This document shows positions 28,501-41,049 of a DNA stretch of 64,000 nt, piece after piece (positions within the stretch are counted from its first letter, which is position 1; each line of letters begins with the position of its first letter). The stretch lies in the NCBI RefSeq assembly GCF_009914755.1, contig NC_060937.1. One strand, written 5' to 3'. The notes below the pieces were generated by a model. It saw only the letters and a list, made by a program, of their open reading frames with translations, made no database searches and had not been told where the DNA came from. Source of the stretch: the human T2T-CHM13v2.0 reference genome, Homo sapiens. A program made the position numbers and the translations under genes.

Positions 28501-29679
28501 TGGAGGTATACACATTGGAATGAATTAGGTGAACAACTTGACCTGTAAAGAATGGAGAAAAGCAAGCCAGGATGACTGCCCACCTGGGACTGACACAGAA
28601 CCAGGGAAACCTCTCCCACCCAGGGAAGTGGTGAGTGAGTGAGCAACCCCAAGAATCCACACTTATCCCATAGATCTTTTCAACCCTTGGGTCAGGAGAT
28701 CCCTTTGTGAACCCACTCCACCAGGGCCTTCAGCCTGACACACAGAGCTATGTGGAGTCTTGGCAGAACAGCTGGTCAGGCACATGCAGAGCCCCTGTAG
28801 CCTTGGATACCCAGGCTTCCCAGAAAAAGCAGCTGCAACTCCACCAAAGTGGGGGGTTAGACCCCTGTACGTACCCCTAGGAAATGGACTGAATCCAGGG
28901 GGCCAAGAAGTGATGGGCTGCAGGTCTTACTTGCACTGCACCTCACAGGATAAGGCCCACTGGCTTGGAACTCCAGCCAGCCACTGGTAGCAGTGTTACA
29001 CCTCCCTGAGACAGAGCTCCCAGTGGGAGAGGCAGACCACCATCTTTGCTGTTTCACAGCCTTAGCCATTGTTGCCTTACGGTTCTAGGGAATCTGAGAC
29101 AACTAGGGACTGGGACAGTCCCTCAGCACAGCCCAGAAGATTTAAGGAGAAGCGGTCAGACTGTTTATTCATGCAGATCTTGATTCCTGTCTCTTCACTG
29201 GGCAGAATCTTTCAACAAGGGTCTCCAGTCACCCCCTCTGGTGTTTTCCAGTTGACAACAGTTTCAAACCACCCTGGGATGGAGCTCCCAGTGGGAGAGG
29301 TGGTCTGCTATCTTTGCTCTTTGGCCACTTTATATGTTCATGTTTTTGGGCTTTGGAGAGTCCAAGGTGACCGGGAGCTGGAGCAGATCCCCAGAACAGC
29401 ACAGCTGCTCTATGAAAATGTAGCCAGACTTCCTTTTTAAGCAGGTCCCTGATCCCCTTCTTCCTTACTGGTGGGACCTCCCGAACAGCGTCTCCAGCTA
29501 CTCCTGCTGGTGTTTTCTGGCCAGCCCCAGATCCAAACCTCCCTGGGGTGGAGCTCCCAGAGGAAGGGGTGGCCTTCTATCTCTGCTGTTTGGCTGCCTT
29601 AGCCATTCTTGCCTTTAAGCTTTGGAGAGTCTGAGATGACTAGGGGCTGGAGTAGACCGCTAGCACAGCACAGCTGCTT
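28501..29679 (+). mobile_element. Isolated L1P (L1PA13-16/L1PB-like) 5'UTR fragment in the opposite orientation
   Basis: GC-richer; caggagatccctttgtgaacccactccaccagggcctt, ccctgtacgtacccctaggaaatggactgaatccaggg; ~269-bp internal tandem units. Confidence 0.7.
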
Positions 29680-32250
29680 TTTATCTCTCCATTTCTGAAG
29701 GACAGCTTTTTTGAGTACAGTAATTCTTGCTTACCAGTTTTTTCCCTTTAGCATTTTGAATATAACATCCCAGTCTCTTCTAGCCTTTGAAGTTGCTGCT
29801 GAGAAATCCATTGCTAACCTTACTGAAACTCCCTTATATGTGTTTGCTTATCTTCTCTTGCTGACTTCAGGATCCTCTTTTTGTCTGATTTTTAACAGTT
29901 TTATTTTAATGTCTTGGTGTAGTTTCGTTTGGATTGAGTCTGATTGGAGACTTTTTACCTTTCTGTACCTGAATATTTTAAATCTTTTTCCAAATTTGGA
30001 AAGTTTTCTTCCATTATTTCTTTAAATAAACTTTCTACCCCCTTGTCTTTCTCTTTTTTGAAATGAACTATAACTAGAATAGTTGCTGTCCTATAAATCC
30101 TGTAAATTTTATTTCTTTTCTTTTGTCTTCTCTGATTTTATATTTTTAAATAATCTGTCTTTGAATTCAGATTCTTAATTCTGGTTTATTCTTGCATTGA
30201 TGCTCTCTATTACATTTTTAAATTTCTATTCATTTTATTATTTTAGCTCCAGAATTTTTGTTTGATTTTTAAAAAATATAATTTAATCCCTGTGTTTAAT
30301 TTGTCATTTTGGTCATTTGTTTATTTGATTTCACTGAATTGTTTTTCTGTATTTTTTTTGAAGTGTACCAAGTTTCTTAAAACAAGTATTTTGAATTCCT
30401 TGTCAGGCATTTCATATATTTCCATTCCAATATCAGCTACTGGGAGATTATTCTGTTCTGTTGGTGGTGTTATGTCCTCTCGATTTCTCATGTTTCTTGT
30501 TGCCTTACAGTAATATCTGCATATGTGAAGAAGTAAGGGCTTATTCCAGTCTTTGCAGAATGGGTTTGTTTAGAAAAACTTCATCGAACAGCCAATCCAG
30601 AGATTCTAGGCAGGCTGTCTGATGTGGTCTGCGGGTAGGATTGCTGCTGGAGTCCTCAGGTGGGCTGGTCTGGTGCCTGGGTCAGCAGGAGGATTGGCCA
30701 GGTACCAGAGTCTGGAGGTTTGGTCCTGGAGCCCGGATCCACTAGGGTGGACCTACTGATTGATTGATTGATTGATTGATTGAAAGATTCAATCAATAGG
30801 TGAGAGAGCCTGTACCATGTATCTGAGGGGGATGGCTGAAACCTGAGTCCATAAGACTGACCTGGCACTGGGGTAGGCCTTAAGTCTGAGTCTACAGATG
30901 TTGGCCAGGTTCTGGGATGAGTCAATACCTGGGTCCACTGGGACGTGCCTGGAGCTTGATTCCATAAAGGCTGGCCTGGTGCTGGGGCAGGTCTGGAAAC
31001 TGAGCCTGTCAGGGTAGGCCCAAATCTTGGGTCCAGGAGGACTGGTCTGGAGCCTGAGTCTGGAGGGATGTTGACAGATCCTCGGTCTGTGGGAGTTGGC
31101 CTGGCACTGGGGCCTACTGGAGTAAGTCTGAACTCTGAGTCTCCTGGAGAAGGACTTGACCCTTGGTTTACTAAATCCTGGAGCCATGAGGACCAGCTTG
31201 ATGCTGGGGCAGGTGTAGAGCCTGGGTCTCTGGTGGCCAGCATGATGTCTAGGATCATGAGTGCTCTCCTAGGGCCTAGAGCCATGGGAACCAGCTGGGA
31301 GGCTGTGTCTTCTGGAGTTAGCCTAGAGGCTGGATGTGTGGGTGCTGCCCTGGAGGCTAGGCCCATGAGGGCTGCCTTGGGTCCTGCAGGCTTGCCTGGA
31401 ACCTGAGTCTGTGAGGGCTGGTCTAGTGCTGGGGTCCACCAGGATAAGCCTGAACTCTAGGTTCTGCTTGAAGTTGCTGTGGGTCTGTTGCAGCATGGGG
31501 CCACATGTGCTAACCTACAGAGTGGGGCTGCAGTATCTACCCAGGCACTGGGCAGGCCTGAAGTCTGTGTTTGCAGGTGCCATTCTGGTATCTGAGACCA
31601 GGTGTACTGACTTGGTGCTGGGGAGGGCCTAGGACCTAGGGCTGTGTGGGTAAACCTGGTTCTGGGCTAGCCTGAAACCTGAGCAGGCTGCAGGAGCTGG
31701 ACTGGAGGCTGGGTCCATGGTGCTAGTCTGATGATTAAGACTGCAGAGGTGAGTCTGCTGCTGGGGCAGGCCGAAGTTTGGGCCACTGCAGCCACTCAAG
31801 TGCTGGGGGTGGTCCAGGCTTGGGGCCACTGAAGCCAGCCTGGCCCTGGGGTGGGCCCACAGGCCTAGTCCACTGGTACTGGCCTGAAGTCTGGCACAAT
31901 GGGGGCCTGCCTGGCACTGGATTTTCCTGTGGTGGGCTTGGTGTTGGAGACCAAGGCAAAGTTTGGTCCTCGCTTTCCTCTCTTTCCCCCATGTGGAAGG
32001 TATCTCTTTCCACACTGGGCTGCCTGGGGTTGGGAAACTAGTGACTTAGGTAATGTGAAATTGTCCTTCCTAGCTGCTCCTATGTGTCTCAAAATTTCTG
32101 TGCTATACCCAGGTGTTCTAATCTCTCATCTGGTATCCTTAGCTCTTGTGAAGGTGGTTTTGTGGATAGTTAGTTGTTCAAATTAATATTTCTGCAAGAG
32201 GAGCAAGTGTTACCAAGTCCTATTTTACCACCTTGCTGACATCCACTCCT
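29680..32250 (-). mobile_element. L1MA-like ORF1 remnant and 5'UTR, likely the same insertion as 26484-28500
   Basis: Antisense ORF1 text (tctgaaggacagcttt, tgctgagaaatccattg); G-rich repetitive 5'UTR; 5' start ccaccttgctgacatccactc; candidate TSD ggtcttt at 26477-26483 and 32251-32257. Confidence 0.75.
30757..30783. repeat. (GATT)n microsatellite
   Basis: Direct reading. Confidence 0.85.
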
Positions 32251-32313
32251 GGTCTTTCTTCTTCTGCGCATTGCTCCCTACAGCAGCTATCTTAGCAACA
32301 GCTGTATTAGTCC

Positions 32314-32612
32314 TGGGTATAAAGTTTCAGTTATGCAAGATGAATAAGTTCTGGAGATCTAATATATAGCACAGTGACTATAGTTAACAACACGGTATTG
32401 CATACGTGAAATTTTCTAAAAGGGTAGAAGGTAAGTGTTCTCATTATACACACACAAAAAGATAACTGTGAGGGGAAGGATATGTTAAGTAGCTTTGTTG
32501 GGGTGGTTATTTTACAATGTATACATATGTTAAAACATCAAGTCATACACCTAAAATATCTACAATTTTTATTTGTTGGTTATACCATAATAAATCTGAA
32601 GGAAAAAAATAA
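32314..32612 (+). mobile_element. L1MA/MB 3'UTR fragment
   Basis: gggtataaagtttcagttatgcaagatgaataagttctggagatcta ... aataaatctgaaggaaaaaaat. Confidence 0.85.
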
Positions 32613-32634
32613 TTAAGGTTGCAGCTGCCCAAGA

Positions 32635-33152
32635 TGTGGTAGATTGATTGTAAAAGTGGCCCAAATTAATGGTCTCTCTTTATCCGTGCCCTTTGCAATG
32701 TGTCTTTGCAGTTACTCTCATCAAGGGTTGCAGTCTATTTTCCTACCCTTTGGATTTGGGCTGTATTTGCTTTGGCTAACAGATTGTGGCACATATAACA
32801 TTATGTTAGTTCCCAGGCTAAATCTCAATAGGCCATGTGTAACTCTACAATGCTCTGGAAACTTTGCTTCTACCATGAGGACAAGCCCAAACAAGCCTAT
32901 TGGAGGATGAGAGAACTAGGTAGTAGAGATGACTTGTCCCAGCTAAGGCCATCTCACACTGGCAAGACCCAGCCCAATCAACACTGACCAATGCATAAGC
33001 AAGCCCAGCCCAAATCAGCAAACTTGACCCAAATCAGCAGAACTACCAGTCAACCCATAAACTAATAAGCAAGAAAGTGTTGATTGTTCCATGCCCCTGA
33101 AACTTTATGGTTGCTTGTTATGCATCATTATTGTAGCAATAGCTAACTGATA
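32635..33152 (+). mobile_element. MaLR solo LTR (MLT1F/G/H-like)
   Basis: Starts tgtggtagattga; gccctttgcaatgtg; ends gttgcttgttatgcatcattattgtagcaatagctaactgata. Confidence 0.8.
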
Positions 33153-33299
33153 GAAAAGATCATTCTGCTAGAGGGTAGTAGAGACAGGACCTACATTCTG
33201 AACCTACATTCTGCCTCTGGAGTCCATGCTCTTAACCACTACATAAGTGCCATCCTTGGAGCACTTTTTCCATAATCTAGTAGAAAAAATCTCAGCAAG

Positions 33300-34500
33300 A
33301 AATATATTTTGATAACTGAAATAATACAAGAACAATTTGTTAGTACCTAAAGAAGAAAGTAGTTAATTTTGTTTGGATGCAAGAGAGCAAAGAAAATTGT
33401 GTAATCAGACACTGTAATGGAGGAATTATCATCAGAGCTGTGTTTAGGTGGAACTATCCAGGTAAACAGGAAGGAGAAGGACTTTTTGTGTAGTCTATGT
33501 GAAAGAATCATTAAAAGCTTTTAATCTAGGAAATGCTACGATGATGTTCATGCTTGGAAAGACCAATCTGGCAGCAATACGGTAAATGCATTTGGAGGTG
33601 ACTGTGATTAAAAGGAAGCGGAGCCTTCTGGTTCATAATAATATAGATAGGTCATAATATAGTGTTCTGAGGTCATAATAATACAGAATTCTGAAAATAC
33701 TGAATAATGGCAATGGTGAAGATGGAGATGATAAAACATCAGTACTTCTTTGGGGGAAGAGTGGAGACAAAAGGCTTGTTGAGGAAGTGCTATTTGACTA
33801 GGTTCTTGAAGAATGAGTAGATTTAAAGACTTGGAGATGATATTTTAGTCTGAAGAAATGGCACAGATGATGCCATGAAGGTAAAGAATTCTAGATTATT
33901 CTCAAAATGCAGGTCTTATAGGTAAAGTTCATGTGAAGCCTAGAATACAAGGTTGATTACTGAAGAGAAATAAGGAACTGTTTCTAGGGTTATAAAGCCA
34001 TGGACTATTAGATCTTTTTCAGATCAGCAAGTTGAGTTGAAGTTGTAATGTGCAAGGCCTTGAAAATTAGGCTAAGGGGTTTAAATCAATTTAGACATTC
34101 TTTGGAATCACTGCTAATTTGTGAACAGCTGTGAGCAAGCATTTTGTGAGCCATAGTTTATTTAATACTAGGTAGTTCTCTGGCATTTTGTAAGAGTCTG
34201 GGAGAGAGATTAAGATGCTTCTGGTGGTGGGGAAAATAAAATGTGGGTTTGAGACACATTTATGGGTTCTTGACCCAGAAAAACTTATGGGAAATTATAT
34301 ATGATTCTACTGACAAAATGACTTTAAGATATTAAGCTTTATTCATTGTCTTTAATAAAAATAATGCTGAGAACAAGGGACAGACTTAATTGTTTGAGTT
34401 TGGTTCTAGAAAACCTCTGAAATAGACATACGGAGCACTGAAACAGAACTGTATGTCTGGAGCTTTGGAGGAAGAGCAGGGATAGAGGATTAATTTGGTA
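33300..34500 (-). mobile_element. L2 relic fragments; boundaries approximate
   Basis: Purine-rich text such as ggttcttgaagaatgagtag, aaggccttgaaaattaggctaagggg, tggaaagaccaatctggcagca. Confidence 0.5.
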
Positions 34501-34580
34501 GACATTCATTTTGAGGTATTATTTTGATGCTGCAGAAATAGATATTACAGAAGAAGGAAGGGAAGAAGGCAAGATACAGA

Positions 34581-34713
34581 GAAGATGACCATATAAATTT
34601 ATCCTCCAAGGTGGGGCACTGTTGAGAGTGAAATGCATTATTATTAATAATTATGCCAGGACAACAAGCTACATTAGGATAGTCCCAAGGCAATTGAGAT
34701 ATGCTGACATATT
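34581..34713. mobile_element. MER94-like hAT-Blackjack MITE
   Basis: gaccatataaatttatcctccaa..gagagtgaaa..attaataattatgccaggacaaca..tagtcccaaggcaa resembles the recalled MER94 consensus. Confidence 0.7.
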
Positions 34714-36109
34714 AGAGAAAGAGGACAGACTGTGGAGGCTCTTTGAGGTTGGTGATTGACAAGGAGGAAGGGCTAGGAGAAAAAGTACTAGAATAGGGAG
34801 GGGTTGGCTCCTTTTTCTGAATCCGCTCCGAGTAGGGAGACTGAGCAATCAGGAGGTGTCTATTGAATTGGGCTAAAGAGCCTAAGTGAAGGGCTATGAG
34901 CCCTGAGGAAAGCAAATATCACTGGAGCCATGGTTTATTTAAAAGCTTCCACTCACAAAATAGTATCTGCTTTTGAGGGGTTAAACCTGGCTCTTCCTCA
35001 ACTCTCTGCCACCTATATTTTTCTCATGTTAGAAAGAACTTCCTACTCTCTCCTTTGAAACATCTTTAGGCTCCTCCTCAGCATGTCCCAGGACGGTTTT
35101 ATAGCTCTGTATGGAATGCAGATGGATGGCTGCCTGTTTCCATTTCATGCTTTGGATTTACAGGTGCAGGTTGTATAGCTTCTCAGCGTTACTGAAATTG
35201 GAAAACATTTCTAAAGCTTGCAGCATGTCAAGCCCTGTGATTTTGAATAAAATTGGATTTTACAGTCTGTTGTGTGGCTTTAATATTTCTTATGCTGAGA
35301 AAATTATAAAAATAAAGCAACACACAACAAAACAACTGCTCCGTGTGAAATGTCTTCTGTGTTTTATTTGAAAATAGTTTGAATTGGGAAGGTGAAACTG
35401 CTTTGTTAAGTATAAACTGTCATGAAAATATTAATTCCTATATGCTTATTTTTCTTGTGATTTAGGAATATCATGGTATCCAGTGCGTCAGGAAGGGGCA
35501 CTCTATCATTGGGTGGTAGCTTTTAAACTAAGCTGCTTCTCAGGCAGGGGTTAGCTTGACCCTGGAGGGATCGTTTTATGGCTGATGTGGTAAATCACTT
35601 TGACACAAGATGGTTCTGAAAAGCTCTAGGAAATTTTCTTTGAGGTTCCTGGGCAGCTCTATATCTTGCCACTTGCCCTGGTTGGGTAATGAATCCCACT
35701 TATTCAGATGAAAAGTTCCGAGTAGGCAAAATCGTCATTTTCTACCTTTCCCCAGTTTTTTTCTCACCATAAAATAAGTTCCACTGAACTTTTTCTGTTC
35801 ACTTATATCTATTATTGATCTGCTCAACCAAATTTGCAAAATTGAATGTTAAGCCCTTGGCACTGGCCAATGGCTTGTGTATTTTAAAAAGTACACAGTA
35901 GTTTAAGATGTTCATAATGTATCATTCATTTGTTGGAGGGTGGATGTATGCTCAATTTTCCAAGTAAAAAGTTACAAAAAATTTTCTTAAAAGATATATT
36001 CTTTAAGGTATCTACTAACTAATAGAATTCCACAAAAATGCTCTCAGAGTAGAGTGAAGTAAGTTACCATTATCCTGTTTGGTTGTAAAATTAAATAATC
36101 CCAAGTGTT

Positions 36110-36280
36110 TTGAATTGGATAAGGACTTTAAAGCTCATGTAATCAAACTCTCACCTTTCAAGTGAGGAAGTAGAGGCTGAGAAACAATGGAACTAGCCTA
36201 CACCCACACCCACACATCCTGGTGGCCAAGTGAGGCCCAGACCCCAATCACTGGCATCCCAGCTCCATGCTTTCCCCACT
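36110..36280 (-). mobile_element. MIR relic
   Basis: cacctttcaagtgaggaagtagaggctgagaaa. Confidence 0.5.
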
Positions 36281-37964
36281 GTGTGACCAGCATGACAGAT
36301 GTCTCCTGATCAGAAAACCAGAGCACTTCAGAGAGCAGTTGTCTGACACTACGGGTGATATGTGAGCCAGCTGCATGGCATATGCTTTGTGTTCCTTAGA
36401 GAAAATTTCAGAAGCTCAACTGTTTATAGACATAGGGCACATTTTTGGATGCATAGGTCATTCGGAAATGGCAAAGATGCTCTTCAGGGTCACAGATCTG
36501 GCTTCAACACCTGCAATTTGTGTAGGTGACAAGTGGATCTTTGATGAAAGGTAGAGACATTTATAGGAAAGGAAGAATGTAAATTGTTCGCCATGCAAAT
36601 ATTTACCTGAATTGTCTTCCCTTAGTGAAGGAAGTATTTTAAGCAGGATCACTTGCTTCTGTGGTGTGAACTCCCTTATAGACTGATCAGTCTTGTCCTG
36701 CTTCCTTCAGAATACTGTGTGATACCATGATTGAGATGGCAACATGTTCAACGAGTGCTGCTCAATTGTTACATAGGTGTCTTGTGGCCATGTTTCCAAA
36801 CCTCAAATCAAGACACAGTTTGAGTAGCCTGACTGTGCTCAGTGTGCCTATGAAAAAGAATATTTGAAACTATGCTGTTCATAGAATTCTGCAGTGAATG
36901 ATTACCTTGACTATGCAGCTAAAGAGATGTTCATGGAAGAAAACGGGGATGGCTTTAGAAAGAATTTTGTGAAAAGACTTTAAAAAAAATGATGCACTCC
37001 AATTCTGCCTCTAATTCTCAAAAATGACACCCATATAGGTATCCAGAAGATACCTCTGCTATGAGTCCACAGTCCTCCTATTAAAGAGTCATTTTAACCA
37101 TGAAATTGCAAAAATTTTAAGTGTACAGTTTGTTTAAAATTATGCAATTTGATTGTAAGTACTAAAGGCTCAAGTTCCAGTTGATTAAGAAATGACATTA
37201 GAAGCGTTCATAACCCCTTTGTATAAAATAGATACATAAGCACATATTTAGCTCTAAAATAATATTTGGATTGGTTTTGCCTCTTTGGTTCCCACTGGGT
37301 AGAATAAAATATACTGTCATGATATAGAAGAAAGACATATATACAAATATCTCCTTTTTTTCTTGGCGCTATGGCCATATGAACTTCAGGAAGGGAAGTT
37401 TTGATTCCTGAGCGCTAGCTGGAGTGCTGTTTTTGTGGCACCCTCCGCAAGACATCAAAATACAGTAGGGTTTTCTGGGATGAAATCTACAGAGCAGATC
37501 ATAAAGGCTGCTTCTGTAAGGATGAATTTCTTATGGAAAATTCCTAAATATTTTGTGGAACTGAAGGAATGATACTCCACTCTATTGCAAGGGATTTGAG
37601 GATGACCCAAAGGTTGGGAATTAGGAGCAGCAATAATTTTTCTGGGGATTGCTCAGGCACATGGAAATGAACAAGGGCACTTCAGGAATACTTTCTGGCT
37701 CCTATCTCTGTTTTTGACTGCAGTGCATTCCCAGAATCAAAGTCTTCCATCCCCATTCCTTCTATTTTAGAGTCCTTGAATACAGGATCATTAACAATTT
37801 CCCAGAGCAATTTAATATAATAGAATTAACTCCTAGAAGAGAAGGGAGGTAAGAAGAGGAGGGAATCTGTAAAAGAAATCATGCTGCTCAAACAAAAATA
37901 GTGTTGAGCTTTCCAATAAAATTCCATTGAAATGACAATGTGCTCCCTGAACTCAGTTAAAATA

Positions 37965-38490
37965 GTTTAGTGGTTATAAGCAGATTATTTGGATTCTGTA
38001 TTATTACCTATTTGTCCTTAGCCCATTGTTCAATCACCTTACACCTCAGTTCCCTGATCTATAATCTGGGAAATAACAAGGTCTCTCTCACAGGACTATT
38101 ATCAGGATCAAATGAGACAAAGTACCTAGTTCAAAGCACATTTACAGGCTTACACCTGTAATCTCAACACTTTGGGAGGCCAAGACAGGCAGATTGCTTG
38201 AGTCCAGGAGTTTGAGACCAGACAGGACAATATAGTGAGATCTTGTCTCTACAAAAAGAAAATTTAAAAAATTCACTGGATGTGGTGATGCACACCTGTA
38301 GTCCTAACTACTCAGGAGGCTGAGATGGGAGGATAGTTTGAGCCCAGGAGGCAAAGTTTGCAGTGAGCTGACATTGCACCACTGCACTACAATCTGGGTG
38401 ACAGAATGAGACCCTGTCTCAAAAACAAAACAAAGCACATTTACATTAGTGCCTGGACTTGGCAAAAGTTCAATAGCTAGTAGCTATATT
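37965..38490 (+). mobile_element. MIR interrupted by an AluJ
   Basis: cctcagttccctgatctataatctgggaaataa..ggatcaaatgagac..tagtgcctgg. Confidence 0.65.
38147..38430 (+). mobile_element. AluJ, slightly 5'-truncated
   Basis: gattgcttgagtccaggagtttgagacc, gagcccaggagg; perfect 15-bp TSD caaagcacatttaca at 38132-38146 and 38431-38445. Confidence 0.92.
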
Positions 38491-38659
38491 ATTGTCAGTA
38501 TTATTACTACTAGTACTCTTACTACCACCACTGTAATATTATCGAGTACATGGCTATTTATGTAAACCATGGGAATTCTCAGTTATTCATTCAACATAAA
38601 TTTTTCAGAAACATTATGTGTCAGGCTAAGGACTCAAGAGACATGATATGAAAGACACA

Positions 38660-38790
38660 AGCTGGGTGCAGTGGCTCATGCTTGTAATCCCAGCACTTTG
38701 GGAGGTTGGGGTGGGCAAATCACTTGAGCTCAGGAGTTTGAGGCTAGCCTGGGCAACATAGTGAGACCCCAGTCTCCAAATAATAAAATT
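38660..38790 (+). mobile_element. Free left Alu monomer (FLAM-like)
   Basis: Single monomer ending cctgggcaacatagtgagacccc plus an A-rich tail; TSD-like aaaga(c/t)aca. Confidence 0.8.
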
Positions 38791-41049
38791 TTAGAAAAGA
38801 TACACATATCTACACATATATAGAGAGACACTGTAGTAACTGAATATAAAATGTATATAAATAAATATATTAAATATATATTTTTCATGTTTGGCTCAGA
38901 AGGACCTTTATTTTTGTTACACAGCAAAATGAGCTTTGGGTTTAGGGCATTACTGACACAAAGACACTGATAGGGCCATGGCCAGATGTCATATTTTTAT
39001 AATTTAGTCCCATGACCCAATATTAAGAATTTAAATAAGCTTCAAATCAAGAAGGTCATCATAAGCTAATGACAAGTATTTTGACTTTATGTTAGAGCCA
39101 AACCGGAGAGGATGATAAAAAGAGTGAACTCAACTTGATTTTGTTTTTGTTGCAGCTGGATTGCTGTCATTTAGGAACCATTTAACAAACAGACAATAGA
39201 CACATGGCTTTATTTATAGCAGTCTGGAGGGAAGGAATGCAGTCAATTGCACATGTCTTCCGCAGTAGTTTAGCTACAGAATTATCTCTGTCAGGTGGAG
39301 GATGCATTAGGCAAACATAAGCTCATTCTGGAATGTAGGCAAATTGATCTCTAAATGGGTGTGCTGGTGAATTAGGCAGGGCAATTTTACCTGGAAAGTG
39401 ACAGTTTTACAAGTTGGAGAAATTCAGTGCAAGGAATTTTTCAAAAAAGTTCTTGAAATAAGCATCAGAATTTTTTAATTGTTCTGCCAATTCACAGATT
39501 TTGAGTTAAAATTATCCTAATGAATAATACCATTGATACTTCCCACCATGTGTGGGTAATGCCTGGCCTGTTTCAATTGCACTGCTCTGATGGTATCACA
39601 CTTATACCCTTCACTCTGAAATAAACATTCTCCAAAGCTCTCAAACAGATAGTGCTCAGAGTTTTCCCCTGGGTCCTCTTTTGAATTAAATCAATTAGGA
39701 GAAGGCCATATGTTCACCATATGTATGTCAACTTGCCAGGGATTCTTAAAAAGAGAAATTTAAAAAAAATCACAAATCACTTAAAAACACACAAACTGAG
39801 AAAGAATTAATCAACTAGTTAAATCTCTATATAAATCAAGACTTGATTAAAATTAGACAAGATAATGTCTGTCCTGATTATTATTATATTGTACTTCCAT
39901 TTTTTTCTCATTCTCATATGCAATTAATTTCTCAGGCAGTATAGGGAATCATTCACTCTTTGTGAAGTTTTCTTTACCTGTTTATTCACCTGGAAAGAGT
40001 GAAATGATTGCCAGGCTATTGATAGTTAATCTTAACAAAATTCTTCAGGGTTCAATAATCCACAGATTATATGCACTAATATTTGGTAAGTATTTTTGGC
40101 TGTCCTTCGTTAACTGGATTGTGAAACTGCCATGGCATGTTAGAGTTGGGATGTGCAGAACAGGTCTCTTGGTCTGACTTCTTAATTGTACAGATGCTGT
40201 TATTTAATTTTGAGTCCCATAGAGTACCTCTCATGATGCTTGGCACATAGCAAAAATTCCATACATATTTTGAAAATGGAAATATTAAGAAAACTGAGGG
40301 TTAGAGAAGTGACATGAGCAAGGTTACCTAACTAGAGAACATGTCTTCTGACTCCTAAACATTTTGCTTCTACTACGAACACTAACGAATATTCTCTTCC
40401 ATGGGTTACCATACCCTACTGTATTGTCACTCATGCTAAGTACAATGTTCTCACCAGGGCATTTCTCATAACTGTCCAATCCCATCTCACTTTTCTTACA
40501 TGTCCCTGTGTTCTAGTCCATATGTTACCTGAATTTACCCTCATGTCTCCTTTTTTTCTGCTTTTGCTTGAACTCTTCCCTTCACATTGTTCATTTTTTC
40601 TACCCATCTCTACTTTCAAAATCTTCTGGGCCTCTTAATGTGATTGGGGTGAATTCAATAAAGAGTAGAGAACTGGGACCTCATCTGGTTTAAAAGTAGT
40701 TGATTATAAACGGCAAATATCCTAGGTGATTTCCAGAAGGGTGGCAGAAGTATGTCCTTGAGTACATGCAGTGAGATGCATAGCTTTGATTAAGAGGAAT
40801 CGAGGGACTAAGAATGTGGACAAAGATTCTTGAGTTAGTCTGGTTGGACTTAGCCCTGAAGAAAGGTAGAGGTACGTAGAAATTATTTTTAAGGCATCAC
40901 TCTTCTTCCTTTCTCCCTTCCTTTTGTTCTTCCCCAAGATGCAGTCAAAGTTGTTCAGAGTTCTAGTGCTATCCCTATACTGGTTGGCTTTACAAAGGTC
41001 AAAATAGTACAAGTTCCTCTTGCTTCTTGGTTTTGTCCTATACCAAAAA

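Noticed and set aside
35858-35871. NFI-like palindrome ttggcactggccaa
   Set aside because: Spacer is 4 nt rather than the required 5
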